This document shows positions 1 through 10,100 of a DNA stretch of 64,000 bases, piece by piece (positions within the stretch are counted from its first letter, which is position 1; each line of letters starts with the position of its first letter). Made by a program: the position numbers and the translations under genes. The notes under the pieces were generated by a model that saw nothing but the letters and a program-made list of their open reading frames with translations, searched no databases and was not told where the DNA came from. The stretch is from Candidatus Magasanikiibacteriota bacterium (GTDB lineage: Bacteria; Patescibacteriota; Patescibacteriia; Magasanikbacterales; GWA2-37-8): assembly GCA_963840935.1 (NCBI GenBank), contig CAWJAS010000001.1, positions 256,875 through 320,874 on the forward strand, written 5' to 3'.

Positions 1-1
1 T

Positions 2-733
2 TCATTGGCCGGCGCGCAAAATATTGATGTGAAAGCCAAAAGAACCCAACAATCGGGCGCCGAGCAAAGACCGGTAACTTCAACCGGCGGTGAAAGCCAT
101 GATGAAGAAAAAAAATATCTTAATGTAATTGTGAAAGCCGATACTTTGGGTTCGCTTGAGGCGATTATCGGGTCTTTGGAAAAAATAAAAAACGACGAAG
201 CGGCGGTGAAAGTGGTGGGTAAAGGTCTTGGCAATGTCAGCCCTGACGATGTTTTGCTTGCCGAAACAACCCAAGCAATCCTCTTTGGTTTTAATGTGTC
301 TCCCACTTCAATCGCCGAAGAAATGATTCGCGGAAAAAATACAAATTATAAATCATATAAAGTAATTTATGACTTGCTCGATTTTGTGAAAGATGAGCTT
401 GAAAAAATATTGAATCCGGAATTGATTATTACCGAACTTGGCAGTATCAAAATATCCGATATTTTTAGGACAGATAAACATACCATGATTTTGGGTGGGC
501 GAGTTCAGAGTGGGAAAATTATTAAAGATGTTAAGGTTAGAGTGGTCAGAAAAAAAGAAACAATCGGCATCGGCAAAATTACTCAATTGCAAATTGGCAA
601 ACAATCGGCGCCGGAAGTTCCGGATGGCACTGAATGCGGAATGCAATATGAGGGCAAATTAAAAGTTGAAGTCGGAGATGTTTTGGAAGCATACAAAGAA
701 GAAAAGAAAGAAAAGAAGTTGGTGCTGAACTAA
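2..733 (+). CDS. infB: Translation initiation factor IF-2, C-terminal portion (5' end lies outside the window)
   Basis: ORF open to the window edge. The translation matches the IF-2 C-terminal domains (VKADTLGSLEAI..., beta-barrel domain II/C2). Basis: established family knowledge. Confidence 0.8.
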   Translation, partial: SLAGAQNIDVKAKRTQQSGAEQRPVTSTGGESHDEEKKYLNVIVKADTLGSLEAIIGSLEKIKNDEAAVKVVGKGLGNVSPDDVLLAETTQAILFGFNVSPTSIAEEMIRGKNTNYKSYKVIYDLLDFVKDELEKILNPELIITELGSIKISDIFRTDKHTMILGGRVQSGKIIKDVKVRVVRKKETIGIGKITQLQIGKQSAPEVPDGTECGMQYEGKLKVEVGDVLEAYKEEKKEKKLVLN

Positions 734-762
734 TTTTAATTTTGATATTTAATTAATATTAT

Positions 763-1083
763 ATGGAGCATACTTTTACTGATGACAATTTTTCCACCGA
801 AGTGCTCGCTTCGAGCGATCCGGTGTTGGTGGATTTTTGGGCTACATGGTGCGGGCCTTGCCAAATGATGGGTCCGATTGTGGAAGAGTTGGCGAAAGAA
901 TATGAAGGCAAAAAAATAAAAATCGGAAAATTAAATGTTGATGAAAATCCGGAAACTGCCGGCAAGTATAATATTATGAGCATCCCTTCTTTTATGATTT
1001 TTAAGGGCGGTGACGTGGTTGATACTTTGAGCGGGGGAGTACAGAAGGAAAAATTGGCGGAATTGATTGATAAAAATCTCTAA
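763..1083 (+). CDS. trxA: Thioredoxin
   Basis: 106 aa with the canonical WCGPC active site and typical thioredoxin length. Confidence 0.9.
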   Translation: MEHTFTDDNFSTEVLASSDPVLVDFWATWCGPCQMMGPIVEELAKEYEGKKIKIGKLNVDENPETAGKYNIMSIPSFMIFKGGDVVDTLSGGVQKEKLAELIDKNL

Positions 1084-1103
1084 AAAAATTAAAATTTTTT
1101 TTT

Positions 1104-1128
1104 GGCTCCGGTTAGCGCCGGAGTTTTT
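1104..1128 (+). terminator. Rho-independent terminator after trxA
   Basis: GC hairpin ctccgg-ttagcg-ccggag followed by TTTTT. Confidence 0.55.
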
Positions 1129-1204
1129 AATTTTCTGTGGATAACTTGGCAAAAAAACATTCAATATTAATGTATATAGTGTTATAATATAGATGTAATA
1201 AAAA

Positions 1205-2242
1205 TTGATTATGGATAATCGGTCGGAAACGACTAAGATTAATGCTAGGCAAAGAAAACCGAAAGTTTTTTACTTGTTCGGATTGTTTGTTTTTGCCGTA
1301 TTTTTTATGGCTTCAGTTTTTACGATTAAAGCAAACACCGCTCCACCGCCATCAGTTGTTACTTATCAAGGCAAAATTTTGGTGGGCGGAGCTTCGGCCA
1401 CCACTTCACTCAACATGCATTTTAGAATTTATGACGCGTCGTCCGGGGGTACTTTGCTTTACACCGCCTCCGGTACTTTGGTGTCGCCCACGTCAATCAG
1501 TGTTACTCCGAATTCCGGATTGTTCTCGGTGATTTTTGGAGAGAGCGGAACCAATGCAATGGACCCATCAATTTTCAAAGACAATTCAGATATGTATTTG
1601 GAGGTTCAAGTTGAGTCAGAAATTTTGACTCCAAGAAAAAGAATTACATCCGCTCCGTACGCTTTTAACGCGAAATATTTGGACGGTTTTGCCCCAAGCC
1701 AAACCCCGACTAACACGGCATATATTCCAGTATCAGATGATGATGGTAATTTTAATTTTAGCGGAGTGACGACAACCAATCTTTATTCATCGGGTGATAT
1801 CACCGCCTCGGGAAGCGTGCAATCAAGTTTGTATTGCGATGAGGATGGTAGTAATTGTTTTGACCCGTCTACGGGGTGGTCAACCGGTCCGACTCAATTG
1901 GTTACGACGACCGCGTCATACAACGGTTCATTCGCGACAGGAACTTTGATTGGTTATCAGGCAGCGAATGATATGTGTAAAGCGCGATTAGCCGGCAGTC
2001 ATTTTTGCAGAACCGATGAAGTGATCGGTTTTATTCAAAGTCAAGATATTTCATTTTTTGCCGGCACTGCCTGGATTGCCGAAGGCCCGCCGGGTTACAC
2101 CGCCAATTCCAATGATTGCAATGGCTGGACTAATTCAAGCGATACAATGCTTGGCGCTTTTTGGCAATTTGTTTCAAACGGAGGCGGTATGGGTTGGCTC
2201 GTTAATTGTTCAGTCACCAAACCAATTGCTTGTTGTAAATAA
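1205..2242 (+). CDS. Secreted or membrane-anchored fibre-family protein of 345 aa
   Basis: N-terminal hydrophobic anchor. The N-terminal module (YQGKL...LYLEVQV...PRK...PYAFNA) is also found at the start of the 15554 gene. The Cys-rich C-terminal domain (GYQAAND.C......WIAEGPPGYTA.SNDC.GW...CCK) is shared with the 2246 gene. Confidence 0.6.
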   Translation: MIMDNRSETTKINARQRKPKVFYLFGLFVFAVFFMASVFTIKANTAPPPSVVTYQGKILVGGASATTSLNMHFRIYDASSGGTLLYTASGTLVSPTSISVTPNSGLFSVIFGESGTNAMDPSIFKDNSDMYLEVQVESEILTPRKRITSAPYAFNAKYLDGFAPSQTPTNTAYIPVSDDDGNFNFSGVTTTNLYSSGDITASGSVQSSLYCDEDGSNCFDPSTGWSTGPTQLVTTTASYNGSFATGTLIGYQAANDMCKARLAGSHFCRTDEVIGFIQSQDISFFAGTAWIAEGPPGYTANSNDCNGWTNSSDTMLGAFWQFVSNGGGMGWLVNCSVTKPIACCK

Positions 2243-2245
2243 TTT

Positions 2246-4120
2246 ATGATAAGAACGCGACTACAATTAATAATATTATTCGCAGTCATTACTGGCGGTT
2301 TGTTGTTCGCGATTTCCGCCAAATCTGCTTCATATTGGGTGACAAATCCTTCAACTTGTCCTTCAAGTGACCCGGTATTTTTTCCGGGTCAGAATTGCGT
2401 GCCGGATAATATTTGCGGAGACAGTTCCGGTATCGCCCAATGTTATTCAACTGCGGGTATCAGCGCGCCGTCCGCTTCAACCACTTCAAATGTTCAATAC
2501 AGCGCTTCGCATCCGAGTGGCGGGTATTTGTTAAATTGTTATGCCACCCAAGATGCGTCAGCTCCTTTTTGCGATAACAATGGGGCCATGTGGTGCAACC
2601 GCAACGAAACATGCTACGGCACAAATCACAAAGTAACCGAATGTACCGGCGGAGTTTTTGGTTCGGCTCTTTGCGGAGCGGACTGCGTTTCCGGTTATCA
2701 GGATTGCGACGCCACTCCGACTGTTTGCGAAGTGCAAACAGGTGTGACAAGTTGTTCCGCGGGAGCGAATAATAATATTGGCGCTTCATGCACCTGCCAG
2801 TGCGATAGTGGTTATGTGGATTGTGACGGTTCTACTCCCGGCGCGGGAACCGGTTGTGAAACCACAATCGGCGGTTCATGTTCCCTCGGTGGTTTGAACG
2901 GAGTGTGGAACGCTTCCTGCGTTTGCGTTGTTTCACCCCAAAATTTTGTTACCGGCGTTGAAGCGCAGTTTGCCACCGCGAGCCCGTTTCTTTGGGGCAC
3001 GCAATATGGAGGAGGGGATTTGATAAATATTTCACAAAATGATTTAACAACTTCCACTTTTCTTGTTTCCAATTCCGGCCAAGTCGGCATCGGTCTCACC
3101 TCGGTTCATGCCGCCGCCGCTCTTGAAGTTTCTTCCACAAGCAGAGGTGTTCTTTTCACGCGACTAACCACCGTCCAAAGAGACGGCATCGCGACACCTC
3201 CTGAAGGTCTTTTGATTTATAATATAGATAATAATCAATTTGAATATTATGCCACTTCAAGCTGGATGGCTATGGGTGCCGGTGGTTCGATTACATATTC
3301 GGCCGATGGAGAAGGTTTGGAGCTCACCGGCAATCAATTTTCCATTGAACTTGACGGAAACACACTTTTCAAATCCGCTTCCGGATTGCGTTTGGCGACC
3401 ACAACTGTAATGGCGGGCACATATGGCTCGTCAACTGAAATGGTCGTTTTCACGGTTGATGCCTACGGCCGTTTAACCGCGGTCACGACCACCACTCTTT
3501 CATTTTCTTCCGCCGATTTAATGGATTCTTCAACCATTGCTTATCTCAATCAAGACCAAACATTCACCGGCCAAAATACTTTTGCCAATACCACAACATT
3601 TAATTCGTCTACTGTTTTTAATAATCAAGTTTTTGTTAATACCACCACGGCTACAAGTTCGCTTAATCTCAAAGTGGCCGGCAAAATCGGAGCCAATTAT
3701 TATTGCGATGCAAATGGAGAAAATTGTTTTGACCCGTCAGCCGGTTTGGTGACATTGGTTAGCGATGTTACTTCCACGCCGATAAGCACTTTCAGCGGAA
3801 GCTTTTCTACGGGCACATTAAAAGGCTATCAAGCGGCGAACGATATTTGTAATTATTATTTCCCCGACTATCATCTTTGTTTTAGCGGTGAAATAATAAC
3901 TTTTATTCGAACTCATTCGATTGCCAAGTTTGCCGGTTTACCCCAAAGTTGGATTGCCGAAGGTCCGCCCGGTTACACCGCATATTCCAATGATTGTGGT
4001 GGCTACACAACAACATCAATGACATATTTGGGCGCGCTTTGGGCATATGACAGCGACGGCGGAGGCCAAGGTTGGCTTACCGGATGCAATAACACTCGCG
4101 CCATAAGCTGTTGCAAATAA
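2246..4120 (+). CDS. Secreted Cys-rich fibre-family protein of 624 aa
   Basis: Signal peptide, then a Cys-rich region and a conserved module (RGVLFTRLTTVQRD...LLIYNIDNNQFEYY) that also occurs in the 4127 gene. A phage-tail-fibre-like motif (GTYGSSTEMVVFTVDAYGRLT) is present. The C-terminal Cys-rich domain is shared with the 1205 gene. Starts 4 nt after the upstream gene, so operon-like. Confidence 0.65.
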   Translation: MIRTRLQLIILFAVITGGLLFAISAKSASYWVTNPSTCPSSDPVFFPGQNCVPDNICGDSSGIAQCYSTAGISAPSASTTSNVQYSASHPSGGYLLNCYATQDASAPFCDNNGAMWCNRNETCYGTNHKVTECTGGVFGSALCGADCVSGYQDCDATPTVCEVQTGVTSCSAGANNNIGASCTCQCDSGYVDCDGSTPGAGTGCETTIGGSCSLGGLNGVWNASCVCVVSPQNFVTGVEAQFATASPFLWGTQYGGGDLINISQNDLTTSTFLVSNSGQVGIGLTSVHAAAALEVSSTSRGVLFTRLTTVQRDGIATPPEGLLIYNIDNNQFEYYATSSWMAMGAGGSITYSADGEGLELTGNQFSIELDGNTLFKSASGLRLATTTVMAGTYGSSTEMVVFTVDAYGRLTAVTTTTLSFSSADLMDSSTIAYLNQDQTFTGQNTFANTTTFNSSTVFNNQVFVNTTTATSSLNLKVAGKIGANYYCDANGENCFDPSAGLVTLVSDVTSTPISTFSGSFSTGTLKGYQAANDICNYYFPDYHLCFSGEIITFIRTHSIAKFAGLPQSWIAEGPPGYTAYSNDCGGYTTTSMTYLGALWAYDSDGGGQGWLTGCNNTRAISCCK

Positions 4121-4126
4121 AATATT

Positions 4127-7100
4127 ATGGAAAAATTTGAAAAACAATTTAAAATTCGTGCGAGCATAAAATCAATGATGATTTTTGTGTTTGTATTTGG
4201 AATTTTTGTTGTTTTTGCAAATTCGGCAAGCGCCACAAATTGGAAGCCAAATCCAAATCAATGTCCGACCACATACAACGGTCAAATTGGTAATCCGGGC
4301 GAAGTGATGTGCGGTTTGAACAGTGGAGTGGCGCATTGGTATGACATGACGACTTTAGTTGGTTTGGTACCCGCGGGTAATACAACCGTTAACACTGGTG
4401 GGGGAACATACGGTGGTTATGTGGTTGATTGCGATGCTTTTGATGCGAGCGTTCCGCGTTGCGACAACACGGGTTCTTTTTGGTGCAGTCCGGACGCTAC
4501 TTGCAACAGTGCCTACAGAAAAACAGAATGTATTGGAACAAAATGGGCTACTGATTCCGGATCTTCTAATTGCGATGTTTGTCAAGATAATAGATGGGAT
4601 TGCGACACTAATAATACTTGCGAAACCGCGGATGGGGCCAGTTGCACGGCGACTCTTGGCGGTAATAATGTTCCCGGCACAATGAATTGCGTTACCGGCG
4701 CCGGTTCATGCTCTGATTTGGGAGCTACTCTTGCCACTTGTACTTGCGTACCGGGTGTTCAATATTTTCAAACGGGCATCCAAGCCCAGTTCGCCACAAC
4801 TTCGCCTTTGCTTTGGGGCACTCAATATGGTACCGGTGATTTAATAAATATTTCCAGCAATGATTTATCAACCACCACATTCATGGTTTCTAATTCCGGC
4901 CAAGTGGGTGTCGGTTTGGCTTCTGCAATAAACACCAATGTTGCTTTTGAAGTTTCGTCCACCAATCGAGGCGTGCTTTTGCCAAGATTAACAACCACGC
5001 AGAGAAACGCGATTTTAACTCCACCGGAAAGTTTGCTTGTATATAATATTGACAATCATCAATTTGAATATTATGCCACTTCAAGCTGGCTTGCCATGGG
5101 CTCGGGAGGTGGTTCGTTTACCGAAACCGACCCGATCTGGATGACGGCAAGTGGCACTTTGACTACCGCGCATTTTGCCACCAATACTGTTTCACAATGG
5201 TCTAATGACGCCGGTTATCTTACTTCATACACCACCACTTCACCCGCCGGCATAAATGGGCAAGTGCAATTTAATGATAATGGCGCATTTGGCGCGACTA
5301 ATACTCTTGTTTGGGATAACTTACTCGGTTCCTTGTCTGTGGGTGATAATTATACTTTTCTATCAGGTTCAAGGTCTTTTGTGCAGGGCCTTTATAGTCA
5401 GGCTACCGGCACAAATTCAATTGCCATGGGGCAATACGCGCAAGCAACAAATAATTTTGCCGTAGCTATCGGCGGTTCTTCTCCGGTATCATCCGGTAAT
5501 TCTTCCATTGCTATGGGTTCTGGCGCGCACGCGTATGGTAATAGTTCAATCGCGCTCGGCAATCTTGCATCAGCGGAAAATTTATCTTCCGTCGCCATTG
5601 GTTATCAAACCAGGTCAACCGGTAATTATGCGGTCGCTATCGGTGGAAATACTAGAGCGACCGGTTTGTTCAGCGTGGCGATTGGCAATAACAGTACCTC
5701 AAGCGGAAATTCATCTTTTGTCGGCGGTTATAATAATGATTCAAGCGGTAATTATTCAGCAGTATTTGGTTCTGACAACATTAACACGGGCGGAGATTAC
5801 GCTTTTATATCCGGCGACAATAATGTAAATTCAGGTGGCCTGTATTCCGCGATTTTCGGGGCCTACAACACATCAACCGGCCAATATTCATTTATCGGCG
5901 CCGGTTTAAATAGTGTGGCGAGCGGAATTAATTCAGTTGCTTTTGGTCGAAATTTGACAGTGTCCGGTAATTATTCTTTTGGGGTTAATGCCCACGGTTC
6001 AAATTCATATACCTTATCTCAAGCTAACACAGTTGCTCTTATGGGTGGCAATGTTGGCGTGGGGACTACGACTCCGGCCTATAGGTTAACCGTTTCCGGA
6101 GATTTCGCCGTTACTGGCACAATAAGAGTGGGGAATGCTATGACCCCGGGCACTTATGGCCAACTTCTAATGTCAACCGGCACGGGAGCGGTTTGGATGA
6201 GTACCAGTTCACTTGGTTTGGGCGGGGGAGGCGTCACAGGTTCCGGCACATCAACTGAAGTCGCTTTTTGGTCCGGCACAAATTCACTTTCATCCTCAAG
6301 TTCACTTTATTGGAATAACACGAATGGCAGACTTGGTATTAACAATGCAACTCCGGAATTCGCTTTAACTATTGGAAATGACGGGGGTATTATCGCAACC
6401 GGCACAGTTGGGTCCGGCGCGACTCTTTCTACCGCTGGCGCCGGCACCCGCATGATTTGGTACCCGCGTAAAGCCGCATTCAGAGCCGGTTATGTAAATG
6501 GAACGCAGTGGAATGACGCGAACATCGGAGAATATTCCGTAGCCATGGGGAACGGTTCAAGAGCCAGCGGATATGGTGACATTGCTATTGGTACTGGTGT
6601 AGTCGCAAGCGGTGGAAATTCCGCCACGGCAATAGGCGCTCTTAATACGGCAAGCGGTGATGGGGCGTTTGCCCTTGGCCGTTCAATGACAGTATCCGGC
6701 GACTATTCTTTTGGTGTTAATGTTTCCACAACCGGTGCCACATTATCCCAAGCGAGTACCATTGCTTTAATGGGTGGCAATGTTGGTGTTGGCACAACTT
6801 CTCCATTATTCAAATTAACAATTGACGGTGGAATTTATTCCACGGGTACTTTTAATGCGGGTGAAACTTTGTCTTATTCCGGTGCTGGTACCCGCATGAT
6901 TTGGTACCCACGTAAAGCCGCGTTTAGAGCGGGTAATGTAGATAGCACACAATGGAATGATGCGAATATCGGGACTTATTCCGTTGCTTTTGGAGAAGAC
7001 ACCGAAGCGAGCGGTGACCACGGGTCAACCGCCTTCGGAACCGGTTCAATTGCGAGCGGTGATTATGGGTCCGCCGCTTTTGGCTCGTGGACAGAAGCTT

Positions 7101-10100
7101 CCGGTCAAAGCTCGGCCGCTTTTAACATAGCCACAATTGCCAGTGGTAATTATTCAACCGCTTTTGGCAACACCACTGTGGCCAGTGGCATGACGGCGAC
7201 AGCTTTTGGTAATGGTACGACCGCCAGTGGTTATATTTCCACAGTATTTGGCAATAGCATGACAGTATCCGGTGATTATTCATTTGGCGTAAATGTTGGG
7301 GCTTCAGCTTCCCCTGTGCTCTCGCAAGCAAATACTATTGCTCTTATGGGTGGGAATGTCGGCATTGGTACAACTTCGCCACAATATCGATTGACAGTCG
7401 CTGGTGATTTGGCGGTTACAGGCACAATCAGAGTGGGGGATACTATGGCTTCCGGCACTTACGGCCAGATTTTGATGTCAACCGGCACAGGAGCTACCTG
7501 GATGAGCACCAGTTCACTTGGTTTGGGCGCTGGTACTGTTACAGGTTCCGGCACATCAACCGAAATAGCTTTTTGGTCCGGCACAAATTCACTTTCATCC
7601 TCAAGTTCACTTTATTGGAATAACACAACCGGCAAGTTAGGTATAAATAATTCAAATCCTGAATTCGCTTTAACTATTGGAAACGACGGCGGTATTATCG
7701 CAACAGGAACCTATGGTAGTGGAACTATTCTTACCACAGCAGGCGCCGGCACTCGAATGATTTGGTATCCGTATGGCGCGGCTTTTAGAGCTGGCATAAT
7801 CGACGGTACTCAGTGGAACGAATTTAATATCGGACATGGTTCCGTCGCTTTTGGCGCTAACACTATTGCGAGCGGAGCCGGCTCAATGGCTGTTGGTGCA
7901 GATACAGTAGCTTCAAATGCCTCGTCTTTTGCGTCGGGTTATGGAGCTGTTGCTTCAGGTTACGTTGGTTCTTCTATCGGTTTATATACAACTTCAAGCG
8001 GACATTATGGTTCATTTTCCATAGGCGAACGAACAGTAGCAAGTGGTAATCGCGCTTTTGCTGGTGGGTATTATTCCATAGCTTCAGGCACGGCCACACT
8101 TGCTTTTGGTCAAAACGCGAATGCATTAGGTAACAATTCAGTTGCGCTTGGTCAAAATGTTACCACCACATTGTCTTCAAGTAATAATTTTGCTCTTGGC
8201 AATAATATAATAGTTAGCGGTAATTATTCATTTGGTGTGAATGTTTCGTCAACTGTCGCGACTCTCGCGCAAGCCAACACTATTGCTCTAATGGGTGGTA
8301 ATGTCGGCATCGGCACAACGAGTCCGCCGTTAAAATTAACAATAGACGCGACTGTCGGTAGTGGCGGTTCTGAAGGAATTGGAATTTTTGGCGGTAATAG
8401 CACTACTGTTGCTCTTGGAAATTATAATAGCGGGGGCACATATACCGGAGTTTTGGCATTGTATCGCTCAGATTACTGGGGGCCAACCGCGATGTTTTCT
8501 GCCGGAGGTTCCGCTTCGCTTTATGGTTTTCATATTGGTACTTCCACTATTCCATCTACTATTTCACGTTTTACTGTTGGTTCAGATTTGGAATTTGCAA
8601 TAAGCAGTGACGGGGATATTACAAGAATAAATGACGTGCCCATGTCTTGGCCGTCGTCTCAAGGGGGAGTTGGCACGATTTTACAAAATGACGGTTCGGG
8701 TAATTTGTCTTGGGAGGCGACAAGTTCACTCGGGTTAATTGATGGCGAGGGTTCCGCCGGTTTTGTTACACTTTGGAATAGCAGTACCACTTTGTCTTAT
8801 GATGGTGATGGTATGTATTGGGACGGAATGGATAATCGATTGGGTATTGGGACAACGACTCCCTTGGGGAGACTGCATATGCGTACGAATATAAGTGGAG
8901 ATGGAATTTTTTTAAGTAATGATGTAGGTAAAGTGGCTTCAAAATTGTTTCTTATTTTAGATTCCGACAGCTATCAGTCAGGTAAACTATCTCTATTACA
9001 AAATGACGTGGAAAAAGTGTCTTTAGTTGCAAAAGGCAATTCTTATTTAACCGGCGGTAATGTGGGTATTGGCACATCAACACCGGAAACAGTATTGTCT
9101 GTTGCTGTTCCGGGGAATAATGGCATTGTTTTGTATGGATCCACAAATGGCTATCAATTGGCAGCACTTGCCAGCGGAGCCGGGAATGAAACGGGTGGTC
9201 TTGTGCTTTTTACCAACAATATATCTCAACCGAGTGTTTCCATTACTGGTGGAGTTGGAGGCGCGATTACTTATTTCGGCACTTCAACCTATCGTTTTGG
9301 CATTGCCACAAGTAGTCCTTTATCAGGGTTCACTTTTGTGGTTGCCGGCACTTCATCACAGCGTTCTATTTTACCGGAAACTAATTTGACTTACACATTG
9401 GGTGATTCTTCCAAGCGTTGGAATGAGTTGTGGACCGGCACGGCAAATATTGGTACAAGCACATGGTCGCTTACCACAACCGGCGCGGACCGATTTGGAA
9501 TTTTTAGCGGTCCGAGCGGAACGGCTACGGAAACAATATCGATTTTGCAGGATTTGGGTAATGTTGGTATCAACAACATATCACCATCAAAAACTTTAGA
9601 TGTTAACGGCAGTATTAATATTCCATCAACCGACACTACCACAGATTCAGGAATAATATATATGAATAGTAGCCGTTTTATTCATTCAGTGGGCGGAACA
9701 ACGAATTTTTATGCAGGCTTAGGATCCGCAAATACAAATGCCATTTCAGATTACAATACCGGTATTGGTGGCAATGCATTGATGAATATCACATCTGGCG
9801 ATGGCGCGAATGTTGCAGTTGGTTATAACGCTGGCAGAAGCATTACCACTGGAGCATATAATGTCGGTATTGGTATAAATAATTTTTATGAAAACGGAGG
9901 CGGTATTATTGGAAACGTAGCGATTGGTCGACACACCATGTATTCCACACAAAGTAATTCCAGTACCGCCGTTGGCTACGCTGCGATGAGAAATAACACG
10001 ACCGGTGAAGGTAATGTTGCCCTAGGATATTATGGACTTTATGCCAACTCTACAGGTAATTACAATACAGCCGTTGGTTTCGAAGCTTTGGCTACAACCA

